Position numbers and translations under genes: made by a program
The notes under the pieces: generated by a model
What the model was told of the DNA's origin: nothing
Databases searched by the model: none
Seen by the model: only the letters and a program-made list of their open reading frames with translations
DNA from: Amoebidium appalachense
Taxonomy: Eukaryota > Protista > Ichthyosporea
Direction: 5' to 3'
Assembly: GCA_963693365.1 (NCBI GenBank)
Contig: CAVNZM010000003.1
Coordinates: 2,196,768-2,260,767 of the forward strand
Length of the DNA stretch: 64,000 bases
Shown here: in pieces, positions 47,100 to 60,021 of the stretch
Position numbering within the stretch: position 1 is the first letter of the stretch
How the letters are laid out: each line of letters begins with the position of its first letter

Positions 47100-49104
47100 A
47101 TTAAGCATCCGTTTTTATTGTGCTATTTGGATAATCTGTATTGATACAGTAAACGTGCCGGTGTATTTAGTCTAAATGAGAACTCTCGAACGGGTTTTTG
47201 CGCTGCTTTCAACGTGCTGTATAATCTTTCAAATGCTTGCCAATATTCCCGGCGTGGTTTCACTTTTATGAATCTTATGACTACGGCGTAGTTCGTCATA
47301 TTTTCTTCTCAGGCCATGCCGACTTGCCTATTTCCTGCCATTTTAAGCTTCAAATTGTCCTACAATCAAGTTGAGAAACTATCTACTCAACAGCGGGGCT
47401 GCTACTTGCATGATTTGGGTGACCACCCACACATGATGTTCGTTGCTTGCTACAGCTGGGCATCTTTGATCACACCTGTGGGTTTTGTGAAATATCCCAC
47501 ATGGACTATATTACTGTGGTCATAAAAGGGTAACTCGTTCATCTCTGCTATATACACAAAGTAAACGTGGCATAGTATGCCCCCTAAGCCCTTCCACTCC
47601 AAGTGAGATCTATGAAATGCCCTTTTTCTTGGCTCGCCACAGTGTGCATCGGCAATTTTGTTTCTGGTGGCCCGAGGCTTTCCTCTTCATAAAAGGTGAT
47701 GGGCCATTCTCACTAGGATAGTCAACTAGTTGCATGGAGGCGGAGAGGGGACGGTTACTCTCTGGGGTGGTTTTTGTGATTGTGTGTGTGTGTGTGAATT
47801 GGGGGGGAAGGGGGGGGGGGGGGGGGGGGGGGGGCCGGAGGGCAGGAAGGGAGGGGAGGGGGGAGGGGGGAGGGGGGGGGGGGGAAGGCTTCATTTGGTT
47901 ATTTTGTTGTTTGAACTTTTGTTATGCCATCGAACTGCTGATTGGATGTGGGCCATAAAGGGTAGGTATATAAGCCTGAGAAAGTGATGGAAAAATGACT
48001 TCATCGAACATGGTGATACGTCCCTTCCCCCCCCATCCCCCCTTCCCCACCTCCCTCCATCCCCATTCCCTCCCACACTGTCACGCACGCGCACACAAGC
48101 ACACACACACACGTACACGGACACGCTCACACACACATACACACACATGCGCGCATGTGCACACGCGTGCGAGAGTTCAGATTGACGGACATGAGCACAC
48201 ATGGAGCACCACTGTCCGTAGCTACCTCCTTCTTTCGCCTTTTGCCCTTCCTTCATCCTTTAATTTCCAGGCATCATCATCAGGCTCAGTGGACCACAAC
48301 GGTTTGCCTTCCCTATTGTCTTCAATTTAAGATTTTCTGGCTTGTCGCCTCCAAACATTCTATTGTTGAACTTCCTAACCGTAACGGGTTAAAAGGGGAG
48401 CCGAATGGTTGGGTCACGGTTGGGTGCGTAGGTGGGTGGATGGGTAGGGTGGTGGTGCCGGGGGGGGGGGGGGGGGGGGGGGGGGGGAGGGGGGTCGTCA
48501 TCTGAACCAGAAAACAGCTGGAGGTAACCAACCATCTATCGAAGATCATTGAAGTCTGAGTGGTAAGGACGGAAAATCAATCTGGCTGTCTCACGTTATA
48601 TGTGTTCATGTTGGAAGCATGGAAACTGAGATCTGACTGACTAAAACAAACTAAACTGCAGACTCTGAGCAAATGGTGCTTCAAATGAAATACAACTTGA
48701 AACCTTCATATTTCACAGAATATGATTATTATGCAAATTATTCGATTTGTTTTTCAATCTATAACCCCCCCCCCCCCCCATCCCCTCCCCCCTCTTCCCC
48801 TCCCTCCCTGTCCCTTCCCCCCCTTCCCCCCCCCCCCTCCCCCTGCCCCCCCTCCCCTCCCCCCCCCTCCCCCCCCCCCCCCCCACCACCACCACCACCA
48901 CCACCACTGGGCCACCACCATCACCACCACCGCAATCATGTGCTTTGTTCCCCCCCCCCCCTTCCCCCCTTCCCATGACACACACATCCTCACGGAAAAA
49001 TGCCTTGAACAACTGAAACGGATTGAAAATTGGACCCGATTAAATTAAAAGTAACATTGTCCCTGTGCGTTTTTTTCTGCATATACGGCTTGGTGTGAGC
49101 TCAG

Positions 49105-49163
<59 letters not shown>

Positions 49164-49870
49164 ACCCCCACCCCCCCCACCCCGGCCTCCCATTTAGGCT
49201 ATATATCTGTACTGATACAATGATCTTCGGTGTTTTTTGGAATTGGTATAAATGGGAACATTCGAACGAGCAGGCTTTCGCGCTTTCTTTAACGTGCTGA
49301 ATAATGTGTCAGATACACCTCAATATTCTCGGCTTGGTTTCTTTTTTTTTTTTTTTTTAACGTTACTACTACGGCGCAGGTTGCCAGCAATTCTGCTCGG
49401 CAATGGCATGCCGAATGCCCCTTTTTTCTGCCATTTTGCGCTTCAAATTGTCCCACAATCAAAGTCGAGAAACCATCTGCTTAATAATAGAGGGGCTACT
49501 GTTTGCATGATTTGGGTGACCACCCACACATGATGCATGCTGCTTGCTGCAGCTCGGAAAGGAAATCGTCATAGACATGAAATGTCCCACGTTGGTGTCT
49601 ATCGAGGATCATAAAAGGGTCACCCATACATCTCTGCTGAATACACAAAGTTAACATGGCATAGTTTGTCCCCTGCATCTATGCCATCCCAAGTGACTCG
49701 GATGTATGCCATGCCCTTTCTTTGCCCCTCCAATGTGTATTTCTGTTTCTGATGGCCCGAATATCTCTGCTCCGTAAAAGGTGATGGGCCATTCTTCTAA
49801 AAATATTCACAGTGTTGCATTGGTTTGGGGGGGGGGGGGGGGGGGGGGGGTGGTTACTCGACTGGGGTGG

Positions 49871-49967
<97 letters not shown>

Positions 49968-50317
49968 CTGGCGGATGGGGGGTTGGGGATGGGGGTGGGG
50001 GGTAAAGATAAGTTTCTTTTGGTGATCGATTGTGCGGCCTGAAAATTTGTTGTGTGAATTGCTGGTTGGATGTGGGCCACTGGGTAGGTAGAAGGTAATG
50101 AGCTGCACAGCAAAAAAAGTGATATCATCTATTTACAGGTTGGTGATACGTCTCTTCCCCCCTCCGCACCCCTCATACACACACTCTCAAGAGCGTACAC
50201 ACACCTAACACACAAAAAAAGGTACGCACATACACGTGCACACGAGTACACATGCACACCCACACCCACGCACCACACGCCCAAGCAAAAACGTGTGCAA
50301 TGCCATGCGCTTGCACG

Positions 50318-50386
<69 letters not shown>

Positions 50387-52566
50387 CAGACACACACAGA
50401 CACACACACACACGCACACACACGCACACACACAAACCCCCCCACACACAACACGCACGCACACAGCCCGCGCGCACGCACACGCGCACGCACACACAGT
50501 GCAGGTGTGCGCGCACGTGCACGCACGCACGCACAGGTACATACACACACATGCGCACATATTCACGGGCATAAACACACACGAAGCACCTTTGTCCCAC
50601 CACCTCCTCTCACTTTGCCCTTCCTTCTTCCTTTTCCAGGCATTCTCTTGGACCACAACTGTTTGCCTGCCCTACTGTCCTTCTTTTCTAAAAATTTTCC
50701 TCTTCACCCACACACATTCCTTTTTTTCAATTGTTTCCTAACTGCAAACACGTTATTGATGGGGCCTGATGGTTGGGTCACGCTTGGGTGGGTCGGTAGG
50801 TGGATGCGTAGGGTGGTGGTGGTGGCGGTGGGTGGGTGGGTGGGTTGGTGGGTGGATGCGCAGGGTGGTGGGGGAGGTGGGGGGAAGGGGGGGGGGGGGT
50901 CCATCTGCAGCAGAAAACAGCTGTAGGTAAACATCCAATATCGAAGGTGATGACTGAGGGGTGAGGACGGAACATCGATCTGACTGCTTTATACGTTCAT
51001 GGTGAAAGGCTAAAATTGAGATCTTTTTGGCTAAAGAGAAACTAAGCTGCAGACTCTGAGCCCATGGCGTTTTAGCTGAAACACAACAGACACCTCATAA
51101 TCCCACAGAAAAATAAATATCAATTGTTTGCCAATCTTTAACCTCAACCCCCCCCCCCCCCCCCCCTCCCCATCTCCCGCCCCGAGACACACACATGTGC
51201 ACGGGAAAAGAGATGTCAATATCGATTTTAGCCGGATTGGGGAAAGGACTTCACTTGAGATTTAACAGCATTAGTGCTAGAAATCTGTTTTGATCACTGT
51301 CGGTCTATTTGGAAGTAGTCTTATTGAGAACACGATCTTTGTCCTGTTTTCAACGTGCTGAATATGTTATCGTTCAAACACTCGATGTCCCCACCATCGT
51401 TTTTCACTTTATGCATATTACTGCTATGGCGTAGGTCGCCATCAATTCTGCTCAGGCCATGCCGAATGGGCATTCATTTCTGCCATTTTGCATTTCAAAA
51501 CGTCCCACAATCAAAGTCGAGAAATCATCTGCTCAACATTTTTGGGGCTACTGCTTGCATGATTTGGGTGACCATCCACACATGATGCCTGCTGCTTGCT
51601 GCAGCTTGGCATCTGAAATTCCAGCCTGTTTCGTGAAATTTATTGCTACGGTCATGAAAGGGTCACTCATACATCTCTGCTGAATTCGTACATACACAAA
51701 GTAAACGTGGCATAGTAGGTCCTCCGCATCCATGTCCATCCCAAGTGAGACCTATGCATTGCCCTTTCTTTGCCCCTCCACTGTCTAGTTTTGCTTCTGA
51801 TGATCCAAGTCTCTCTGCTCCATAAAAGGTGATGGGCCATTCTACCCGAATTATCCATTTAGTTGCATTGGGAAGGGGGGGGGGGGGGGGGGGGGGGGGG
51901 GGGAGGGGTATAGGGAGGCTCCTTTTGGTGGTTGCTTTGCCTGCCTTTTGGCTACTCGAATTACATATTGTATGTGAGTCACAGGGTACATGCGCCTCAG
52001 AGGGTGATGAGCTGCAAAGCAAAAGAAACTCGGTGACCCTCCGCCGGGGGGGGGAGGGAGGGGGGAGGGGGGGGGGGGGGGGAGAGTGGGGGGCCGGGGG
52101 GAAGGGGGGGGGGGGGGAGGGGGAGGGGGGGAGGGGGGAGGGGTCATCTGCTCGCGCAAAAAAACAGCTGGGAGGTGATCTGAAAAGCAGACTCAGTAAG
52201 TGGCGCTTTAGTGCTAGTTGAAACTCAAAGGAGCCTTCATACTCAACAGAAAAATAACTATGCTTTTTTGGCAATCTTTAACCTCGAGCCCCTCCCCCCC
52301 CCCCCCCCCCCCCTGCACCCCCCCCATCTTCCTTCTCGTCCCCCCCCCCCAACCACCACCACAACCATGTGCCTTGTCCCCCCCCCCCCCCCTCCCCCCC
52401 CGCCCCTGCCCCCCCCCTCCCTCCCCTCTCCCCCGCACATAAATGCACGGAAAAAAGACAGTAACGTATTGTGAATATGACTCCAATAGGAAGTAGCGTT
52501 GTCCTTTTGTTATTTTTCCGAAACCATTTAGTTGGAACGGGGGTGGTTACTCTCTGAGGTGGTGTT

Positions 52567-52611
<45 letters not shown>

Positions 52612-53098
52612 TGTGATGGTGGTGGGGGAGGGGGGAGGGGGGTAAAGACAGGCTCCTTTTGGTTATTGTGCCACCTCATTTTGTTATGTGAACTGCTGAT
52701 TGGATGATTGGATGTGATATAAAGAGGTAGATGCGCTTGAGAAGGTGATGAGCTGCACAGCAAAAAAAACTCGGTGATTTTATTAATATTTATTGACAAG
52801 TTAGTCATACGTCCCCCCCCCCCCCCCCCCCCCTCCCCTTTCCCCCCCCCCCCCCCCCCCCCCCCCCTCCTCCGAGACCCCTCCCACAACACATTCTCGA
52901 ACACACACACGACCTACGAACCCACAAATGCACGCACATACACTTACACACAAGTACAAACTCAATCACACACAAGGCTTCGCCCACACACAGCACACCC
53001 ACAAGCAAACAGACGCACGTGCACACACACACGCACGACCAAGCACACACACAAACGAGCAAGCACACACAAACACACGCACACACACACAGACACAT

Positions 53099-53181
<83 letters not shown>

Positions 53182-53685
53182 CTGGGCATATTCGCGCGCG
53201 TGAACACACATGCTGCAACCCTTCCCCACCTCCTCCTCTCTCTTCTTGCCCTTCCTTCATCCTTTCCAGGCGTTCCCTTGGACCACAACGGTTTGCCTTC
53301 CCTAATTTCCATTTTTCTAAAATAGTTATCTATTCACCTCCACACATTCCCTTTTTGCTTCCTAACTGAAAATGTTTTTGTCATGTTGCTAACCTCCCCC
53401 CCCCCCCCTCCCCCCCCGCTCACCCCCCTCCCCCTCCTCCCCCCCCCCCCTCCCCCCCCCCGCATCCTCCCACCCACTCTCCCCCCCCCCCTCTCTACTC
53501 CCCCCCCCCCCCCCCCCTTCTCCCCCCGGCTCACACATACACACGGAAAAAGGCCAACATGAAACGGATTGTGATTTGGAATCCAATTGAAAGTAAGACT
53601 GTCACAGCTGTGCGTTTTTTTTGCGTATACGGCGTGGTGTGAGCCCCCCCCCCCACCTCCTCCACCCCCTCCTCCACCCCCTCCG

Positions 53686-53724
<39 letters not shown>

Positions 53725-56700
53725 GCCCCTCCCATTGAGCATCAAGTATCCGATAGGTACGTTTGAGAATGAGATCAACTCCACAGCAAAAAGCTCGGCG
53801 ATTTCATCTAACAATTTCTAATTTCATCTAATAACCGTTGTCGGTGATCCATCTATTAACAGGTTGGTGGTACGTCCCCCCTCCCCCCCCCCCTCCCCCC
53901 CCCTCCCCCCCCCCCCCCCCCCCGCCCCCCCGCACCGGGTCCCCATCTCCACTCCCCCCTCAATGGCCATCCTCTCCCACACACCCATTCACGAGCACCC
54001 ACAAACCCTGTGTCCGCAAATGCACAATTGCAAAGCCACACGCACGCACGCGCATACACGCATATTTGTGGGTGTGAACGCACATGGAGCAGCCCTGTCC
54101 CCACCTCCTCCTCTTTTTTCTTGCCTTTTCTTCATTTTTTTCCAGGCATTTTCAGTGGACCACAACGGTTTGACCTCCCTATTGTCTTCAAATTTAACAC
54201 GTTTTTTGGCTTGTCACCTCGAGGCTTTCCTTAATTCCTTCCGAACAATCAAAAAGGCTAACGTGGGGGCCGGGTGGTTAATGCACGGGTGGGTGAGTGG
54301 GTGGGTGGTGGTGATGGGTGGGGGAGGAGGGGGGGGGGGGGGGGGGGGGTTCGTCTGCAGCAGAAAACAGCTGGAGGTAACCCGGCCATTTATCGAAGGT
54401 GATAACTGGGTAATGAGGACGGAAGTTGATCTGGCTGTCGCGTTATAATGTTCATGTTGGTCCAAAACTGAGTTTTGATTGGCTAAAAACAAAGTTAACT
54501 GCAGACTCTGACCCGCTGGCGCTTTTTGAAACACTGTGACAACGAAGCCTTCGCATTTCACAGAAATATAATTATGCAATTTTTGCCAACTTGCTAACCT
54601 CAACCCCCCCCCCCCCCCCCCAACACACACACACACGCACCCCAAACCACCACCACAACCATGTGCTTTGTCCCCCCCCTCCCCCCCCCCCCCCCCTCCC
54701 CCCGGACTCACACACACACACCGTGAGGGAAAAAAAGGAAACAACAAACTGATTGTGATTTCGACTCCAATTGAAAGTAAGATTGTCTCTGTGCCTTTTT
54801 TCTGCATTTACGGCGTGGTGTGAGCCCTTCCCCCCTCCCCCTGTCACCCCCCCCCCCCCCCCCCCCCTCCCCGTTCTCCCTACACCCCCCTCCCCCCCCC
54901 CCTCCCCCCGGTCACCCTCTCCCATTAGGCAACAAGTATCATTAGTGCTAAATATTTGTATTGATACAGAGACTGTCGGTGTACTTGAAATTAGTCTCAA
55001 TCAGACCACTCGAATTGGCTCTTGCTTTAATGTGCTGAATAATATTTCAAATTACATTTCGGCATCCCTGGTGTGGTTTCACTTTTACGAGCCAGGCTGA
55101 CCTAAACATTTTTCTGCCATTTTGTGTTTCAAATTGTCCCACAATCAAAGTCGAGAAACCAACTACCGTAGCACTCCGGGAGCTACTTCATGCATGATTT
55201 GGGTGACCACCCACACATGATGCCTGCTGCTTGCTAGCTGCAGTTCGAGATCTCTCATAGCCATGATCGTGAAATAACCACGTGGATTTATTGCTGTGGG
55301 CATGACAAGGTCATCCATTTATCTCTGCTGAATCCACAAGAATGTCGCATAGTATATCCCCTGCATCCCTGCCACCCCAAGTGAGATTCTATCTATGCAA
55401 TGCCCCTTCTTTGCCCTTCCAAAGAGCACATTTCTGTTTCTGATGGTCGAAGTATCTCTGCTATATAAAAGGTGATGGGCCCTTCTCCCTTCAATGATCA
55501 ATTTAGTTCTGCATATACGGTTTGGTATGCCCACCTTCCCGGCCCTCCCCCCCCCCCCCCCCCCTCCCCCCCCCCCCTCCCCCTTCCGCCCCCTCATCCT
55601 ATTACATAAGCATCAAGTATCATTAGGCATTTTTGAATTTGAAATGGGAGGTGGGCCGTAGTAAGTACCACCATCACCAACATTAAGTTTGTACTAAGTC
55701 TTCTTCCCTTCGTTTTAACCAGCAATTCGAATTTCCACAAAGTTAGGGCATATCTATCATGCATAACATGTCGCTGGGAGTGTGCGTCTGCAAATATATG
55801 CCGTGTAGACGTGGGACCCTGTGTGTATGTGTCCGTAAGGTGGGTGGGCATTCGGAACTGCTAATCATTGTTGTGGCCTGACAGTGTGCAAGTAAACGTT
55901 GTGCCACATGTGCAAGCTGTGTGGACGCAATGCGCTTTGCATGTGGAAAATTACGATGCATTTCACGTTTGTGCTAGAGAAAAGGGTGTGTGCGCACGTG
56001 TGGGTGTCACTCTGCATGTATGTCTCCGTGCGTGTTTGCCTGCGTGTGTGTTTGTGTGCATATGTGTGCATGAGTTGTGAGTGTGTGTGTGTGTCAGTGA
56101 TTGAGAGAGCTCCCAGCGCATGTGCCTTCCGTGGCATATGTGTCTGAATTGCGATAATATGTGTGTGTGTGTGTTTCTGTTGTTCAGTTGCAAATGAAGA
56201 GCATGCATGATGGCGCATGATGCGTGGATGAAATTGCGTCAGACAAATAACCGGGGGGGAGGGAGGGGAGGGGGGGGGGGGGGGGGGGGATAGATAAAGA
56301 GCGAAAAGAGGGCGAGGTGGTGGTGGTGGTGTGATGGTGGTGGTGGTGGGGGGGGTGGGGGGGGAGGGGGATAAGGGGAAGCAGCTAGAGAGGCCGAAAA
56401 AGGAATTCAGAATGTGTGCCACGTGTGTGTGCGCGCATCATTATGTGACACCATAGAGAATAGCATATTACCCTACGGCAGTCCGATACAGTGAGCGTAT
56501 TGGAGAGCGTGCGCGCAAGGTGTGTGCGCCTGCGTGTGCAAGGGTGCTTTACTGTACATCGTCGAGTCTCAGAAATCAGTGGTCATGAGCAACCAGTCAT
56601 TGCGGTCTCGGTATAAGATCTGAAAGGGTGTAAAGAGGGGGAGGCCCCCACGGGCCAGCGATCGTTTCCCGGGGATGGGGGGGGGGGGGGGGGGGGGGGG

Positions 56701-57042
56701 GATGTTTAGGCAGCCTAGCTAGCTAGTAAGCAGGTCCAGTTTGACGCAGGGCCTGATAATTGATACCAATTAGTGGATGTAGAGATGGTGCCAATGCCAA
56801 TACTTTCAAGTTCGTATCCAATATACAGTTAGTAATATATCCTAATTAGTCATATTTGGGTAGCCCCCTCCTCCCCCCTCCCCAGCCAGCGGAGGGGTGG
56901 TTATTCCCCCCCCCCTCCCCCCCCCCCCCCAACTTACTACTACCCCCCTCTCCGTTTCAAAATCAAAAAAGCCTTAATTAGTGCTACCTATTGCACACGT
57001 ATCTGTATGTATTGGTGATACAGTGAATGTCGGTATATTTTT
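47100..57042. repeat. Degenerate modular tandem array (~2.1 kb unit; about 6 full or partial copies plus one stub), possibly decayed copies of a spliced gene
   Basis: Shared blocks: CATGATTTGGGTGACCA.CCACACATGATG at ~47409, 49506, 51558, 55193; GACCACAAC.GTTTG at ~48292, 50651, 53281, 54158; AAAACAGCTG at ~48511, 50914, 52161, 54364; GAGCTGCA.AGCAAAA at ~50100, 52009, 52750. Confidence 0.85.
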
Positions 57043-57362
57043 GGGGGGGTGCGGCATGCCAGGAGCTACTACTAGAGAGAAGGGGGGGTATGATTGGAGG
57101 GGGGGGTGTTCAGCTAACCTTATATGGATAAAGCAAAGTTACAAGGATTCAAGCCATTGGTTGGGCAAGACCCCTTTTGCCGAATATGGATAACAGATCA
57201 TACACTGCTGTAGGCGGCGGTCAGGAATTGGCGCGCTCTTTACTGGTCACAACCAGTCCGGGAAGGCCATGAGCAGCATTGCCGAGCACACTGGAATACG
57301 GGAATGTTTGCGGTAACGTAGTCGCACTAGGGGGGCAGGGGGCCAGGCCCCAAGTGTTTAAA

Positions 57363-58708
57363 ATGAAGCCAGGCTGCCCTAAGGGCACAACACAGCGCCC
57401 TGGGCATAAAACAGGCGGAGCTAGGGAGGGAGCTGGGCGCAAAAAAAAAGATGCTGCATTTGTTCAGCCTTTAGCGAACTTTGCAGGTTTTGGGACGGCA
57501 AACAAAGCTGTTTTGCAGGAACTAAACGTAAACGTACAACCCGAACAGCCCCCTCTATCTAAGGCCGCCGACATAAGGGCCCGTGTAGTTGAGGCAGGTA
57601 GCGTCCATTCGTTACCAAGAGAAATGGATCGGGCCCCTGCTCCACACCCACCAGACATACAGGTGCAACCCGACGAGGAACCTTTGCTAAATGCAGCAGC
57701 AGATGCGTACCGGGTAGACGAGGATGAAGGGGAGGAAGAGGGAGAAGATAATACGGACGGGGATGACGGTGGAGAGGAGTTTTCTGACGCGGCGGGCGAA
57801 ACAATCAAGTCGCACCTGCACACAGTGAAAGAGAGTCTCAAAGATGAGAAGACGCCTGTGGGGTGGCATCTTCCACCTCCCATTATAGGCTTTAAATTTG
57901 GGGGCGATCCAGCGCCTTTCTACAAGGTGGTGCCGTGCCCCTTCGATGATCACTACGTGGACCCCCACAACCACCCCAACCCACACCGTACTTCTCGCAA
58001 TGGGTTCATGAGCAACCCCGTAGGACGGCGTGTTATCGACTTTGACAGCTGCTACTACATTATCACGGCCCGGTACTTTTGTGACACATGCAAAAAAAAC
58101 TTTGCCGGCACAAACCCCCAGACAATTAAACGCCTTCCACTCTTCATGCGTGATCAGTTTCCGGCCTACCTTAGCCACCGCAGTGGGCTCGACCTAAAGG
58201 TGGTAACATTGTTGCGTGCACTGGCAGACAAAGGTGTGGGCCCAAACGCCTTTGCCACCCTCCTCTCGGAGCTCCACAAGCAGCGATACGACGAGCAGCG
58301 GCTCCTGTATTACTCGAGGGCGCTGCATTGGACCAAGTATGAACTCAAAAAGCGTAACGATTTCCGCCCCCACGACCAGCGCCTGACAGAACTTCCCCCA
58401 GAGGAGCAGGCGGCTAAGTTCTCGGCGTTTGGTGACAAAAATGGTTACGCTGGACATGTGCCTTCAGGCAAGTGTGCACTGCATTTTGGGTGTGTAAATG
58501 GTCCCCATTGTTTTGTATGCACGTGCTTGGGCATTTTTTGGGTTGGCTTGGTAGGGTTTTGTTTTATTATTTTTTATTTTTTTTTTAGGGGGGGGGGGGG
58601 ACTTGGAAATGGGTTTTGGAAGTGTGGTCAATAAGTTTCTATTATGGTGGTGGTGGATGTGTGGTGGTGGATGTGCGCCTGTGAGTGTGCGTGTACTTGT
58701 GGGTCCGT

Positions 58709-58739
<31 letters not shown>

Positions 58740-59007
58740 GGGGGGGGGGAGGGGGGAGGGGGGACATGGTGATGGATTAGGTGGTGGTGGTGGCAATCAG
58801 TCATGGTGGTGGTGGTGGTGGTGGTGGTGGTGGGGGGGGGGGGGGGGGGGGGGGGGAGGGCAGAGGGATCATCAGAGGGGTGAAAGCATAACGGTCCATG
58901 TACCAGTGAGTGTGCTTGGGAAATCGTGGAGAACTGTTATGCCTGAAATTAGATGGTGGGTGTGCGCATGTGTGTCTGTGTGTGTTGGGGGAAAGGAGGT
59001 GGAGAGG

Positions 59008-59059
<52 letters not shown>

Positions 59060-59984
59060 GGGCACATGGTGGTAGACTGGATCTTGGTGGCGGTACTTAA
59101 TGGTTATTATAGTAGTGGCAGGAGGGTGTGGGGGGAAGGGCAAACGGACGTGCAGGGGACAAACTGCAGATGGGGCACAAAGGGGAAAGAAGGTGAAAGT
59201 TGGTGCAATGACTTGGAGGGTTTGCGCGCGCCGGGAGGCGGGGGGAGGGGGGGGGGGGGGGGGGGGAGGGGGGGGGGGGGGGGGCAAACGGCCGGAGATG
59301 GGTGTGTAGCGTTTTTGAGATGGGAAAAGCCATACAGACTTACGAAAATACAGAGAGGTGAGATGAACACGAGGGACTAGAGGGAATGGGGGGGATGGTC
59401 CTGATGGGAGGGTGGTGGAGTTCTAACAGTACTTGGGGTTCAGGCAAATACCTGAGTGCCGTGTATACTGAGTTCAGCGACCGCACGGCAAAGTACCAGA
59501 GCCTGGACACGCAGCTCAAGCCCGTAAACAACGTGCTCAAGGCCGACCACACCTTCCAAATTGGGAAGCTCACCGGCATCAATGGGGAGCCTCTGTACCG
59601 AGGCCTATGGACTTGTGTAAACGAGCTTGGCGGTGTGTGGTCCCTCCTCTTCTCCCCCCTCCCCCCACTCTCCCCCAGGCCCCCTCTCCCCCCTCCCCCC
59701 CCCCCCACACACCCCCACCCCCCCCCCCCCCCCACACACACACACACACACGCCCCCCCCCCTCCCCCCCCCCCCCCCCCCTCCCCCCTCTAGGGCCTTT
59801 AAATCTCTTAGGCTCCACATTTAATGAGGTGGCACACTGTGAGTAGAGGTTTGTAGTATGTGGGTTTTGGGGACAATTCTTGCCCTGTCGAGCAAAAACT
59901 AGGAAGCTCCAGATATGTGTGTATGTGTTTTTGCTGGGTAGAGATTGGGGTGGGCTGGGGTGGAGCTTTCTTTTGGCGGGGAAT

Positions 59985-60021
<37 letters not shown>

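Noticed and set aside
49430-49475. LWDNLKRKM resembling the Tc1/mariner catalytic region in array block A
   Set aside because: There is no SPDLNPIE-like motif or upstream DD residues, and the in-frame stop preceding it is shared by the copies.
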